Origin: an uncultured virus (IMG/VR IMGVR_UViG_3300028734_000019)
Taxonomy: Duplodnaviria; Heunggongvirae; Uroviricota; Caudoviricetes
Reading direction: 5' to 3' (one strand)
IMG/VR virus record: IMGVR_UViG_3300028734_000019
Location: 1-64,000 of that record
Length of the DNA: 64,000 bases
Part shown: positions 28,437-35,898 of the stretch, piece by piece
Layout of the letters: every line of letters begins with the position of its first letter
How positions within the stretch are numbered: the stretch's first letter is position 1
Position numbers and translations under genes: made by a program
Notes under the pieces: generated by a model
Told to the model about the DNA's origin: nothing
Seen by the model: the letters and a program-made list of their open reading frames with translations, nothing else
The model's database searches: none

Positions 28437-29246
28437 ATTTTTATTTTTTATTTCATAATGTATTTCTGTGTGACAATTTTTACACACTAACATACATTTA
28501 TCAACTTCTTTTTTTAATCTTTCATATGAATAAGATTTTGCACTTATTCCAAAATCTTTTTGAGTAGGATCTTTATGATGAAAATCAAATACATCTATAC
28601 ATTTATCATATCCACACCTTTCGCATTTTCCTCCTTTATATTCAACAAGTTTCCTTTTTTTATCTTTTCTCCAACTAATAACATTATTTACAATATCATT
28701 TTTTCTTTTTATTTTATACTCTTCTTTAGATAATTTTTCTTTTTTATTTATAATTAAAATTTTAGATATTTGATATCTACCAATATTGAATTTTTTAGAT
28801 ACTTTTCTTGTACTTTTACATTCATCATAGTATTTTTGCATTTCAATAACGTCATCATTATTAACGTTTTCATATATTTTACAATAATTATTTTTTTTAT
28901 AATTACCATCATTGATATTATTTAATCTGCATATTTTTTTAATTTTATCTAAAGATAATTTAGTTTTTTCTATTATTTCTTCATATGTATTACCATTTAT
29001 TCGATATTCAATAACTTTTTTAAAAATCTCATCAGATATCTCATCACCAAAATCTATATTTGGTATATTTTTTAATTTTTTTAAATTTGATAATTTTGTG
29101 TTTTTTTTATTTAATTCAATATTATTATATAATTTTTTACAATGATAAGATATTGTACCTTTTGAACAATTTAATAATTCTGATATTTCATTGTATGTTT
29201 TTCCTTCTTTTCTTAATGATAATATTTTAGTTTTAATGCTTTCCAT
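28422..29246 (-). CDS. HNH homing endonuclease with N-terminal HTH repeats, inserted in the tRNA array
   Basis: GGKCERCGY ... FDFHHKDP ... CMLVCKNCH. Repeated GxTYxEI HTH motifs. Confidence 0.85.
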   Translation of the reverse strand: MESIKTKILSLRKEGKTYNEISELLNCSKGTISYHCKKLYNNIELNKKNTKLSNLKKLKNIPNIDFGDEISDEIFKKVIEYRINGNTYEEIIEKTKLSLDKIKKICRLNNINDGNYKKNNYCKIYENVNNDDVIEMQKYYDECKSTRKVSKKFNIGRYQISKILIINKKEKLSKEEYKIKRKNDIVNNVISWRKDKKRKLVEYKGGKCERCGYDKCIDVFDFHHKDPTQKDFGISAKSYSYERLKKEVDKCMLVCKNCHTEIHYEIKNKNGSGA

Positions 29247-29326
29247 AATTTATTTATATTTTTATTGTATATATAAAAATATATAATATTAAAAAAGATT
29301 AAAGTTTAAAGTTAATCATTTATTCG

Positions 29327-29398
29327 CGGGAGTGGGGAATTGCGACATCCCAACACTTTCGTTAACAGCGAAACGCTCTACCTTTGAGCTACACTCCC
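29327..29398 (-). tRNA. tRNA-Asn (GTT), atypical T loop
   Basis: GGGAGTG/CACTCCC acceptor, TTTCG-CTGTTAA-CGAAA; T loop reads GTCGCAA. Confidence 0.8.
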
Positions 29399-29404
29399 TT
29401 TTTG

Positions 29405-29492
29405 CGCACTGGATAGGATTCGAACCTACGTTGAAGATTACTCTTACTGGTTTAACAGACCAGACTTTTCGACCGACTAAAGCAACCAATGC
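29405..29492 (-). tRNA. tRNA-Asn (GTT) with long variable arm
   Basis: GCATTGG/CCAGTGC acceptor, CTGGT-CTGTTAA-ACCAG, variable hairpin AAGA-GTAA-TCTT. Confidence 0.8.
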
Positions 29493-29515
29493 ATTTTTAA
29501 TTTTTTGATAATAAG

Positions 29516-29588
29516 CGGGATATACGAGATTCGAACTCGCTCCGTGCACCGTGACGGGGTGACATCTTAACCATTTGACCTATATCCC
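29516..29588 (-). tRNA. tRNA-Asp (GTC)
   Basis: GGGATAT/ATATCCC acceptor, CACC-CCGTCAC-GGTG, canonical T arm. Confidence 0.85.
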
Positions 29589-29596
29589 ATTTTTTG

Positions 29597-29668
29597 TAAT
29601 GCGTATGAGAGTTGAACTCATCTTGCTAGGTTGAAAACCTAGAGTACTTTCCGATATACGAACGCATC
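29597..29668 (-). tRNA. tRNA-Glu (TTC)
   Basis: GATGCGT/ACGCATT acceptor, CTAGG-TTTTCAA-CCTAG. Confidence 0.85.
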
Positions 29669-29678
29669 GTGTTTTTTG

Positions 29679-29761
29679 TGGGAGCAGCCAGATTCGAACT
29701 GACGACCTAAAAGGTTACAAAATTTACAGTTTTGCGCCTGACCAATTTGAGCATTACTCCC
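29679..29761 (-). tRNA. tRNA-Tyr (GTA)
   Basis: GGGAGTA/TGCTCCC acceptor, CAAAA-CTGTAAA-TTTTG, long variable arm. Confidence 0.88.
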
Positions 29762-29802
29762 ATTTATTATTCATTATCTAGTATTTCAAAGAGCATTTAA
29801 AA

Positions 29803-29843
29803 ATAAAAAACTCAGTTCTTATTTTTAAGAACTGAGTTTTTTT
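29803..29843 (-). terminator. Intrinsic terminator of attenuator B, directly upstream of the tRNA array
   Basis: 11-bp stem CTCAGTTCTTA/TAAGAACTGAG, 4-nt loop, U tract. Confidence 0.85.
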
Positions 29844-29868
29844 ATTATTCACATAATAATTTTTTAAC

Positions 29869-30003
29869 TTATCCAGTTCTTCCTACATTATTTTCATCAT
29901 CATTAATATAATCATTATTAATCATATTAATACATATCTCTTCCATATTGTAATTAATATTACAATTGCGATAAATGCTGTATATGTTATTAATGTTATT
30001 CAT
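29869..30003 (-). CDS. Attenuator leader peptide B (44 aa), not in the ORF track
   Basis: MNNINNIYSIYRNCNINYNMEEICINMINNDYINDDENNVGRTG*. Its last codons contain AAGAACTG, complementary to the terminator 5' arm. Confidence 0.8.
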   Translation of the reverse strand: MNNINNIYSIYRNCNINYNMEEICINMINNDYINDDENNVGRTG

Positions 30004-30032
30004 GATATTTACTTTTAATTTATTATTTTTAA

Positions 30033-30111
30033 AAAAACTATTTTGAGTTTAGCTGCTAGTGTACTCGCATTGTCCCCATTACCAGTGAGGTGCTGTTCAA
30101 TATAGTTTTTT
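30033..30111 (-). ncRNA. Candidate structured RNA between tRNA-fMet and leader B
   Basis: GC-richer island closed by the AAAAAACTAT...ATAGTTTTTT inverted repeat, with internal hairpins CCTCA/TGGGG and TGC/GCA. Confidence 0.4.
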
Positions 30112-30116
30112 AATTG

Positions 30117-30188
30117 TTGCGCAGGCTGGACTCAAACCAGCGTTCTCAAGGTTATGAGCCTTGCGGGGTATCACTTCCCTACCGCGCG
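30117..30188 (-). tRNA. Initiator-like tRNA-fMet (CAT)
   Basis: C1:A72 mismatch (CGCGCGG/CTGCGCA), CAAGG-CTCATAA-CCTTG anticodon arm. Confidence 0.85.
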
Positions 30189-30195
30189 ATATATT

Positions 30196-30429
30196 TTAAT
30201 CTTTTTCTTTATCTATTTTCTTATAAAGTTTCTTAGCAATCTCTTTTGCTTTTGAATTCATTCCTTTTTCTGTTTTAGGAACTTCACTATAATCAATTTT
30301 GATTTTATCAGCAAACATTATAAATTTTTCAGTTCTATCAGATTTCCTTTTCAGTTCATCATAATTTTTTTGAATTTTATTTACTACTTCTGCTGATTCA
30401 TCAATTTTATTTTCTTTAACTTTTTTCAT
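30196..30429 (-). CDS. Small basic hypothetical protein inside the attenuated operon
   Basis: Likely start ATG 30429 (MKKVKEN). The longer track start overlaps terminator A. Confidence 0.55.
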   Translation of the reverse strand: MKKVKENKIDESAEVVNKIQKNYDELKRKSDRTEKFIMFADKIKIDYSEVPKTEKGMNSKAKEIAKKLYKKIDKEKD

Positions 30430-30432
30430 AAC

Positions 30433-30466
30433 AAAAAATCCAGTCATTTTTTAATTGACTGGATTT
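30433..30466 (-). terminator. Intrinsic terminator of attenuator A
   Basis: AAATCCAGTCA/TGACTGGATTT stem, 9-nt loop, U tract. Confidence 0.8.
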
Positions 30467-30491
30467 ATAATTATAGGCATAAGCCTTAATT

Positions 30492-30581
30492 TTATTTCTC
30501 AGTCAATTGGGATGTATCATCAATATTATTGATAATTTCGTTGTTACACATTTCCTCATTTATATATAGATTACGATACAT
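30492..30581 (-). CDS. Attenuator leader peptide A (29 aa), not in the ORF track
   Basis: MYRNLYINEEMCNNEIINNIDDTSQLTEK*. Its 3' codons contain AATTGACTG, complementary to CAGTCAATT in terminator A. Confidence 0.75.
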   Translation of the reverse strand: MYRNLYINEEMCNNEIINNIDDTSQLTEK

Positions 30582-30695
30582 CTTGTTTTGCTTTTTTATA
30601 TTAGTTTTTATTTTCTATAAAGTTTATTCTTTGTTATATATAATAGAAAAAAAGTCATTTTTTTCTATTTTTTATTTTCTTTTAATATGATAGTA

Positions 30696-30727
30696 CAAAA
30701 GTAATAAAAAGTTTTCATTCTACCAAA
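30696..30727 (-). promoter_or_regulatory. Bacteroidota sigma-A type promoter (TTTG-N20-TACTTTTG), copy 1
   Basis: Exact -33/-7 spacing, pointing into leader A and the tRNA operon. Confidence 0.7.
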
Positions 30728-30794
30728 CATTTTTCAATCTTTTTTTTATATTAATGAAAAACTATCATTTTTTTCTACTTTTAATATGATAGTA

Positions 30795-30826
30795 CAAAAG
30801 TAATAAAAAGTTTTTAATCTACCAAA
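30795..30826 (-). promoter_or_regulatory. Bacteroidota sigma-A type promoter (TTTG-N20-TACTTTTG), copy 2
   Basis: Near-identical direct repeat 99 bp from copy 1. Confidence 0.7.
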
Positions 30827-30859
30827 TGTTTCTAAACTTATTATTTAAATAAATAAAAA

Positions 30860-31096
30860 TTATAATATTGGTTCAATGACTATTGAATTTTCATAATTTT
30901 TTAATTCATCATAATATTCTTCTTCATCACATTCGTTTAGTTCACAATATTCTTCTTTTGATTCTCCCATATACACTTTTATGTACTCTGTTTTTGCATC
31001 ACTGGCTTCTTTAGGAGTATTAAATATACCTATGAAATCATTGTCTGACATTGTACCAGTGCTTGTGTAATAATCTACTTTATATTTCATATTCAA
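30860..31096 (-). CDS. Small acidic hypothetical protein
   Basis: 78 aa ORF, E/D/Y-rich. Confidence 0.55.
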   Translation of the reverse strand: MNMKYKVDYYTSTGTMSDNDFIGIFNTPKEASDAKTEYIKVYMGESKEEYCELNECDEEEYYDELKNYENSIVIEPIL

Positions 31097-31232
31097 TTAT
31101 TTTTAATTTGGAGTATAAAAGTAATAAAAAATTATCAATTTACAAAATGTTTATAATCTTATTTTTATAAAAATAACCTTTCTTTTCAATTAAGAAAAAA
31201 AGGTTATTTTTTATACTATATTATTTTTTATA

Positions 31233-31403
31233 TTACATTGCAAGTTCTTTTTCTTTCTTTGCATAAAATGAGAAGCCACCAACTTCTTTATTTATTCCTG
31301 GAACTCTGGTGAAATTTTTAAGGTTTACTACCTCTTTAATAACATTATACTCATTTTGAGTCAAAAAGAAAACTTTTGTTGATTTACTTGAATTAGTTGT
31401 CAT
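31233..31403 (-). CDS. 56-aa protein, tandem duplicate of 31497-31661 (not in track)
   Basis: MTTNSSKSTKVFFLTQNEYNVIKEVVNLKNFTRVPGINKEVGGFSFYAKKEKELAM. Confidence 0.75.
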   Translation of the reverse strand: MTTNSSKSTKVFFLTQNEYNVIKEVVNLKNFTRVPGINKEVGGFSFYAKKEKELAM

Positions 31404-31496
31404 AATGTTTAATTTAAATGATTTAAATGATTATTGTTTTATTTTCAATACAAAATTACTATATTTTTTTAAATTGTCAAAATATTTTATGATTTT

Positions 31497-31661
31497 TTAT
31501 AGAACATTTTCTTTCTTTGCATAAAATGAGAAGCCACCAACTTCTTTATTTGCACCTGGAACTCTGGTGAAATTTTTTAGATTTACAACTTCTTTAATTC
31601 CATTGTATTCTGATTTAGTCAAAAAGAAAACTTTTTCTGATTTACTTGAATTAGTAGTCAT
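31497..31661 (-). CDS. 54-aa protein, tandem duplicate
   Basis: MTTNSSKSEKVFFLTKSEYNGIKEVVNLKNFTRVPGANKEVGGFSFYAKKENVL. Start inferred from the paralogue. Confidence 0.75.
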   Translation of the reverse strand: MTTNSSKSEKVFFLTKSEYNGIKEVVNLKNFTRVPGANKEVGGFSFYAKKENVL

Positions 31662-31839
31662 AATTTTTAATTTAGATGATTTAAATGATTGTTGTTTTAA
31701 TTTCAATACAAATGTACTTCGGTTTGAATTGTTTACCAAATATTTTATTGTTTTTTAATATTTTACTTATATTTTCATTTATATTTTATAGTTTGATAAC
31801 ATTACAATATAAATATATACTGAAAATGATATTATAAAC

Positions 31840-32082
31840 ATGAAAATGATGAAAAATTTTATAGATTATAAATCTATGAATGAAAAATGGGATGAGAAAG
31901 TTAAAGTTAAACATACTGGTGAACATGCAGGTAAAACTATTGATGAGTTGGAGAGTGAATTATCATCACTTAAAAAAAGAAGTAAGAAATATCAAGATGA
32001 AGGCAAAGATGTTCCAAAGAGTATTATTGATCAAGAACAAGAAATTAATTTTGCTATTAGAGCAAAAAGAAATTGGAAATAA
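31840..32082 (+). CDS. Small protein with capsid-targeting-like N-terminus
   Basis: MKNFIDYKSMNE..., TATATA upstream, terminator hairpin at 32081-32109 downstream. Confidence 0.6.
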   Translation: MKMMKNFIDYKSMNEKWDEKVKVKHTGEHAGKTIDELESELSSLKKRSKKYQDEGKDVPKSIIDQEQEINFAIRAKRNWK

Positions 32083-32115
32083 AAAAAGCTTCTTTTTAGA
32101 AGCTTTTTTATTTAA

Positions 32116-32640
32116 TCAATGACAATTGACAGTTATATTTTTTAATTTGTTGAATATTCCATCATGTTCAAGTGCACTATAATATTCTCCATCATTATCT
32201 GAAAAACTAAAACAATACATCACTCCATCATTTACCTCTTTACCATCAATAACTTGAAGTTTTAATTTTCTTACATTGAAAAATTCTTTAAGTAATTTTT
32301 TTGAATATTTATCTTTAGCTTCTGCAAATGCTTCCCATCTTTCATTTCTATCTTCAATATATTTAAAATCATCAAAATCAGGAGCATCATTTTCCATTTC
32401 CAAATATCCATTCGATATTATTTCACTTGCCTTATCAATATCATTCTTAGTTTGATCACATATATCATTCCAGATAGTTTCTGAAACTTTATTTACAGAA
32501 TAATTTTCATCTCCATAATATAACTGTTCTTCCCTAAAAAGAATTTTTTTTACATCTTCCATACATTTCGGTTCAAATGGGAAGATAACTACAAAACTAC
32601 TTGATGATGAATTGCTTACAAATCCAGTTCTTATTTTCAT
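32116..32640 (-). CDS. GFVSNSSSSSF-leader family protein 1
   Basis: Starts MKIRTGFVSNSSSSSFVVI. Confidence 0.8.
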   Translation of the reverse strand: MKIRTGFVSNSSSSSFVVIFPFEPKCMEDVKKILFREEQLYYGDENYSVNKVSETIWNDICDQTKNDIDKASEIISNGYLEMENDAPDFDDFKYIEDRNERWEAFAEAKDKYSKKLLKEFFNVRKLKLQVIDGKEVNDGVMYCFSFSDNDGEYYSALEHDGIFNKLKNITVNCH

Positions 32641-32641
32641 A

Positions 32642-32833
32642 CTATTTTTTATTATCTGTTTTATCTGTTTTATCTGGTTTATCTTTTTTATCTGTTAAAT
32701 CTATTCTAATCTCTGACTTTTTAAAAATTGCGTTGAATATTTCCACTATAAAACTTCCAATTACAGAAATTATGAAAAAACAAAATATAAATGTCCAAAA
32801 ATCTGAAGTAGCATATTTTAATAATTCTAACAT
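32642..32833 (-). CDS. Small membrane protein
   Basis: One hydrophobic segment and a DKT-repeat tail; has its own TAATTTTG promoter element. Confidence 0.55.
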   Translation of the reverse strand: MLELLKYATSDFWTFIFCFFIISVIGSFIVEIFNAIFKKSEIRIDLTDKKDKPDKTDKTDNKK

Positions 32834-32905
32834 ATATTTTTATTTTTATTTTTATTTACAAAATTATAAAAAATATTTGATATTATAATATTTTAATCAA
32901 AAATA

Positions 32906-33544
32906 TTATAAATTTTTAGTTATTTCATCTAATTTATCTTTTCTTTTATATACTGTATTACATACTGGACATATAAGACCGTGCTTTTTTGTTTCCCACA
33001 TATAATTAAAATCTCCTTTTTTATCACATATTGGACAAGATTCATAACTTTCTTTTCCTAATAATTGATAATCTAAAGAATAATAATCATTATCAAAAGA
33101 ATAAAATTCACTATCACCATCAAGTAGACTGGTTATGCTGCACCATTCATCATCATCTTCCTTATATTTTTGTAATAATATTCGTAATTCTGATTTTGCA
33201 TCATCAGTTAATTTAGTGCTAAATTGCCATAAATCCCAATCTTCGTTATTACTAGTAGAAACTAAATAGCAATCTGCTACTTTTTTTATATAAGTATCAT
33301 AGTTACAACTTTGAAATGTTATTGCCTGATTTTTGTCTATATTTTTTAGCCCATTAATGTATAAATCATGCTCTTTTATTCTATATTTATCATATTGTTT
33401 ATCTCTTCCAGTATTACCCATATAATCATCATATTTCGATTTAATCATATGCGTAGCAAGATCACGTAAACTTTCAAAATTGTTGTTAGAAATTATAAAG
33501 CTACTAGATGATGAGTTACTTACAAATCCATTTCTTATTTTCAT
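32906..33544 (-). CDS. GFVSNSSSSSF-leader family protein 2, with zinc ribbon and RxxKLxxI tag
   Basis: MKIRNGFVSNSSSSSFII ... CPIC ... CPVC ... RKDKLDEI. Confidence 0.8.
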   Translation of the reverse strand: MKIRNGFVSNSSSSSFIISNNNFESLRDLATHMIKSKYDDYMGNTGRDKQYDKYRIKEHDLYINGLKNIDKNQAITFQSCNYDTYIKKVADCYLVSTSNNEDWDLWQFSTKLTDDAKSELRILLQKYKEDDDEWCSITSLLDGDSEFYSFDNDYYSLDYQLLGKESYESCPICDKKGDFNYMWETKKHGLICPVCNTVYKRKDKLDEITKNL

Positions 33545-33561
33545 ATTTTATATTATTTATA

Positions 33562-33864
33562 TTAACAATATCTAGTTCCAGTTATTAATTCTACTTCACT
33601 AATATCAACATTTAATGTTTCTGCTACTATTTTTGACTTTTCCATTATAACAGATATTGGTGTTATACTAGAATTTAATTCTTCACCATTTGAAATTATA
33701 TATCCAACAATATATCCATAATTAGACATTTCAACATCAAGTGCTTCTATTCCATTTTCAAATCCATTTTCAACTTCTTCTTCTGTACAATCTAATCTTT
33801 TGACTCCAATTATAACAAAACTACTTGATGATGAATTGCTAACAAATCCATTTCTTATTTTCAT
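33562..33864 (-). CDS. GFVSNSSSSSF-leader family protein 3
   Basis: MKIRNGFVSNSSSSSFVII. Confidence 0.8.
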   Translation of the reverse strand: MKIRNGFVSNSSSSSFVIIGVKRLDCTEEEVENGFENGIEALDVEMSNYGYIVGYIISNGEELNSSITPISVIMEKSKIVAETLNVDISEVELITGTRYC

Positions 33865-33885
33865 ATTTTATTTTTATTTTATTTT

Positions 33886-34347
33886 TTATCCATTTCGACC
33901 TGCACCAAAATAAACTTCTGATTTATTTAAGTCCAATCCCGATTTATTACTATAAAATGCATTATAAACGTTTTTATCATTTTTATTAAAGAATGACATA
34001 TCAATATCATAATCAATATCATCATAATCAGATGTCATAAAATCTGAATCACCTTCATTATTACATATATTAACAACTAAAAATAAATCTTCATCTTTAC
34101 AATCTTTAATATCTAAATTTGCATCTGTTTGAAATGAATCTACATAAATTTTATTGTTATTAAAATGTATATCATAATTAGTACTTTCTTTAATATTAGA
34201 TAAGGTTAATACTTTAACATCATAATCTAATTTAATATTATTATCTTTTGTGTATTGTGTAAATTCATTGTAATCATTAATCTTGGCTATGCCAACAATA
34301 AAACTACTTGATGATGAATTACTAACAAATCCATTTCTTATTTTCAT
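33886..34347 (-). CDS. GFVSNSSSSSF-leader family protein 4
   Basis: MKIRNGFVSNSSSSSFIVG. Confidence 0.8.
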   Translation of the reverse strand: MKIRNGFVSNSSSSSFIVGIAKINDYNEFTQYTKDNNIKLDYDVKVLTLSNIKESTNYDIHFNNNKIYVDSFQTDANLDIKDCKDEDLFLVVNICNNEGDSDFMTSDYDDIDYDIDMSFFNKNDKNVYNAFYSNKSGLDLNKSEVYFGAGRNG

Positions 34348-34365
34348 GTTATCATGTTTTTATTT

Positions 34366-35403
34366 TTATAATAAATGTGGTCTTGCTTCAGCAATTCCAG
34401 CATTTGTTACTTGATACCATTTAGGGTGATATTCAGATAAATTTTTTGCACCTCCATAAGATAATGCAGAACGAACACCGTTTATTAATCCTTCAATTAC
34501 AAATTTGACTCCTCCTTTAAATGGAATTGTTGTTGACTCTCCTTCCACATTTCTTTCCGCTTGACCATGAACAGTTTTTGTTTCTAATGATGCAGAGCCT
34601 CTATATCGTTTATATAAGCCATTAGGACTCTCTATAACCTTTCCTGGTGATTCTTCTGTTCCAGCTAATAGTGAGCCTAACATAATAGTAGATGAACCTA
34701 ATGCAAGAGCCTTTGATATATCTCCACTTGTTCTAATTCCACCATCAGCCATAACTGGTACTTTTGCAACATTTAAAATTTCTATTAAACTTGTAACATT
34801 TGGAACACCAAATCCTGTCTTGATTCTAGTTGTACAAAGACTTCCGCCACCAATACCACATCTTAGTCCATCAGCTCCCCAATTTTGCAAATCAATTGCG
34901 GCTTCTGCAGTTGCAATATTACCTGCAATTATATCCACTCCTAAATTCAATCCTTTTATTTCTTTAATCGCTTTTTTGACATTTATGTGATGTCCATGAG
35001 CAACATCAATAAGAATTACATTTACTCCAGATTCTATTAATGATTTAGACCTTTCTAAAAAATCTCCATTTGAGCCTACTGATGCCATTATTGGAATATT
35101 CTGTACATTAATAAAAGGATTATATAAACTATAATCAATTAATTTTTTTAATTTTTTGATTTCATCAACTTGTTCTTCAATAGTCATGAATCTATGAATA
35201 CATCCTACTCCTCCTAATTGAAACATTTTAAACGCCATTTCATGCTCACAAACGGTATCCATAGGTGATGCTACCAATGGTATCATCAACTCATAATTTG
35301 TAGATAGTTTTGTTGTTAATGAAATTTTATTTCTATGTTCTACTTCACTATAAAATGGTATAAGTTGAATATCATCATACGTTAACGCTATATTATTTGT
35401 CAT
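34366..35403 (-). CDS. guaB: IMP dehydrogenase / GMP reductase family, lacking CBS domains
   Basis: SPMDTV, IDVAHGH, GIGGGSLCTTR catalytic loop, ADGGIRTSGD, MLGSLLAG. guaB and guaC cannot be firmly separated by eye. Confidence 0.85.
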   Translation of the reverse strand: MTNNIALTYDDIQLIPFYSEVEHRNKISLTTKLSTNYELMIPLVASPMDTVCEHEMAFKMFQLGGVGCIHRFMTIEEQVDEIKKLKKLIDYSLYNPFINVQNIPIMASVGSNGDFLERSKSLIESGVNVILIDVAHGHHINVKKAIKEIKGLNLGVDIIAGNIATAEAAIDLQNWGADGLRCGIGGGSLCTTRIKTGFGVPNVTSLIEILNVAKVPVMADGGIRTSGDISKALALGSSTIMLGSLLAGTEESPGKVIESPNGLYKRYRGSASLETKTVHGQAERNVEGESTTIPFKGGVKFVIEGLINGVRSALSYGGAKNLSEYHPKWYQVTNAGIAEARPHLL

Positions 35404-35423
35404 TCTTTTATTTTCTTTTGTTT

Positions 35424-35870
35424 TTATTTTAGTGATAATAACTTTAAATATCTACTATCAAAATCAATACTTTTATTTATATGTATTAATAATGTTGGAT
35501 GCAATTTAAAACTCAAATCTAAATCAGGAATGATATTAATATCTCCAATATATTTTTTAAAGTTTTGAATCACATTTTTAGTATCAGTAATATTTGAATT
35601 TAATATAAAATTAATAATATTTAACAATTCAAAATTGTTTTTATCAATATGCCATATTTGACAATATGATAACCAAAATTCAGTAGTGTAATCTAGTTTT
35701 TGAGAACGATATATATTTTTAATATTAGATATAAATTCATCTTTTCCTAATTTACTAAAAAATGCATTAGCTTTTTCTATTAAATAATCAGGTGATGTAT
35801 TTATAATTTTATTATCATTTATCATAATTCCAAGAAAGTAAAATATGTTATGAGTTTGATTATTTGTCAT
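35424..35870 (-). CDS. Hypothetical protein with RxxKLxxL tag
   Basis: Ends SRYLKLLSLK. Confidence 0.55.
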   Translation of the reverse strand: MTNNQTHNIFYFLGIMINDNKIINTSPDYLIEKANAFFSKLGKDEFISNIKNIYRSQKLDYTTEFWLSYCQIWHIDKNNFELLNIINFILNSNITDTKNVIQNFKKYIGDINIIPDLDLSFKLHPTLLIHINKSIDFDSRYLKLLSLK

Positions 35871-35898
35871 AATATTATTAATTCTATTTTAAACTGGT

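Noticed and set aside
27635..29549. Track ORFs 27635-27832, 28290-28490 and 29316-29549
   Set aside because: They overlap tRNA genes and are shadow ORFs.
29790..30010. T-box riboswitch as the tRNA-sensing element
   Set aside because: No T-box consensus (AGGGTGGNACCGCG) or stem I motifs. The leader ORF explains the layout better.
30430..30447. Track start MTGFFV for the 30196 ORF
   Set aside because: It falls within terminator A. ATG at 30429 is more plausible.
32593..32640. Type IV prepilin signal (K-x-x-x-G|F) for the GFVSNSSSSSF family
   Set aside because: G|F is followed by polar VSNSSSSS rather than a ~20-residue hydrophobic helix with Glu at +5.
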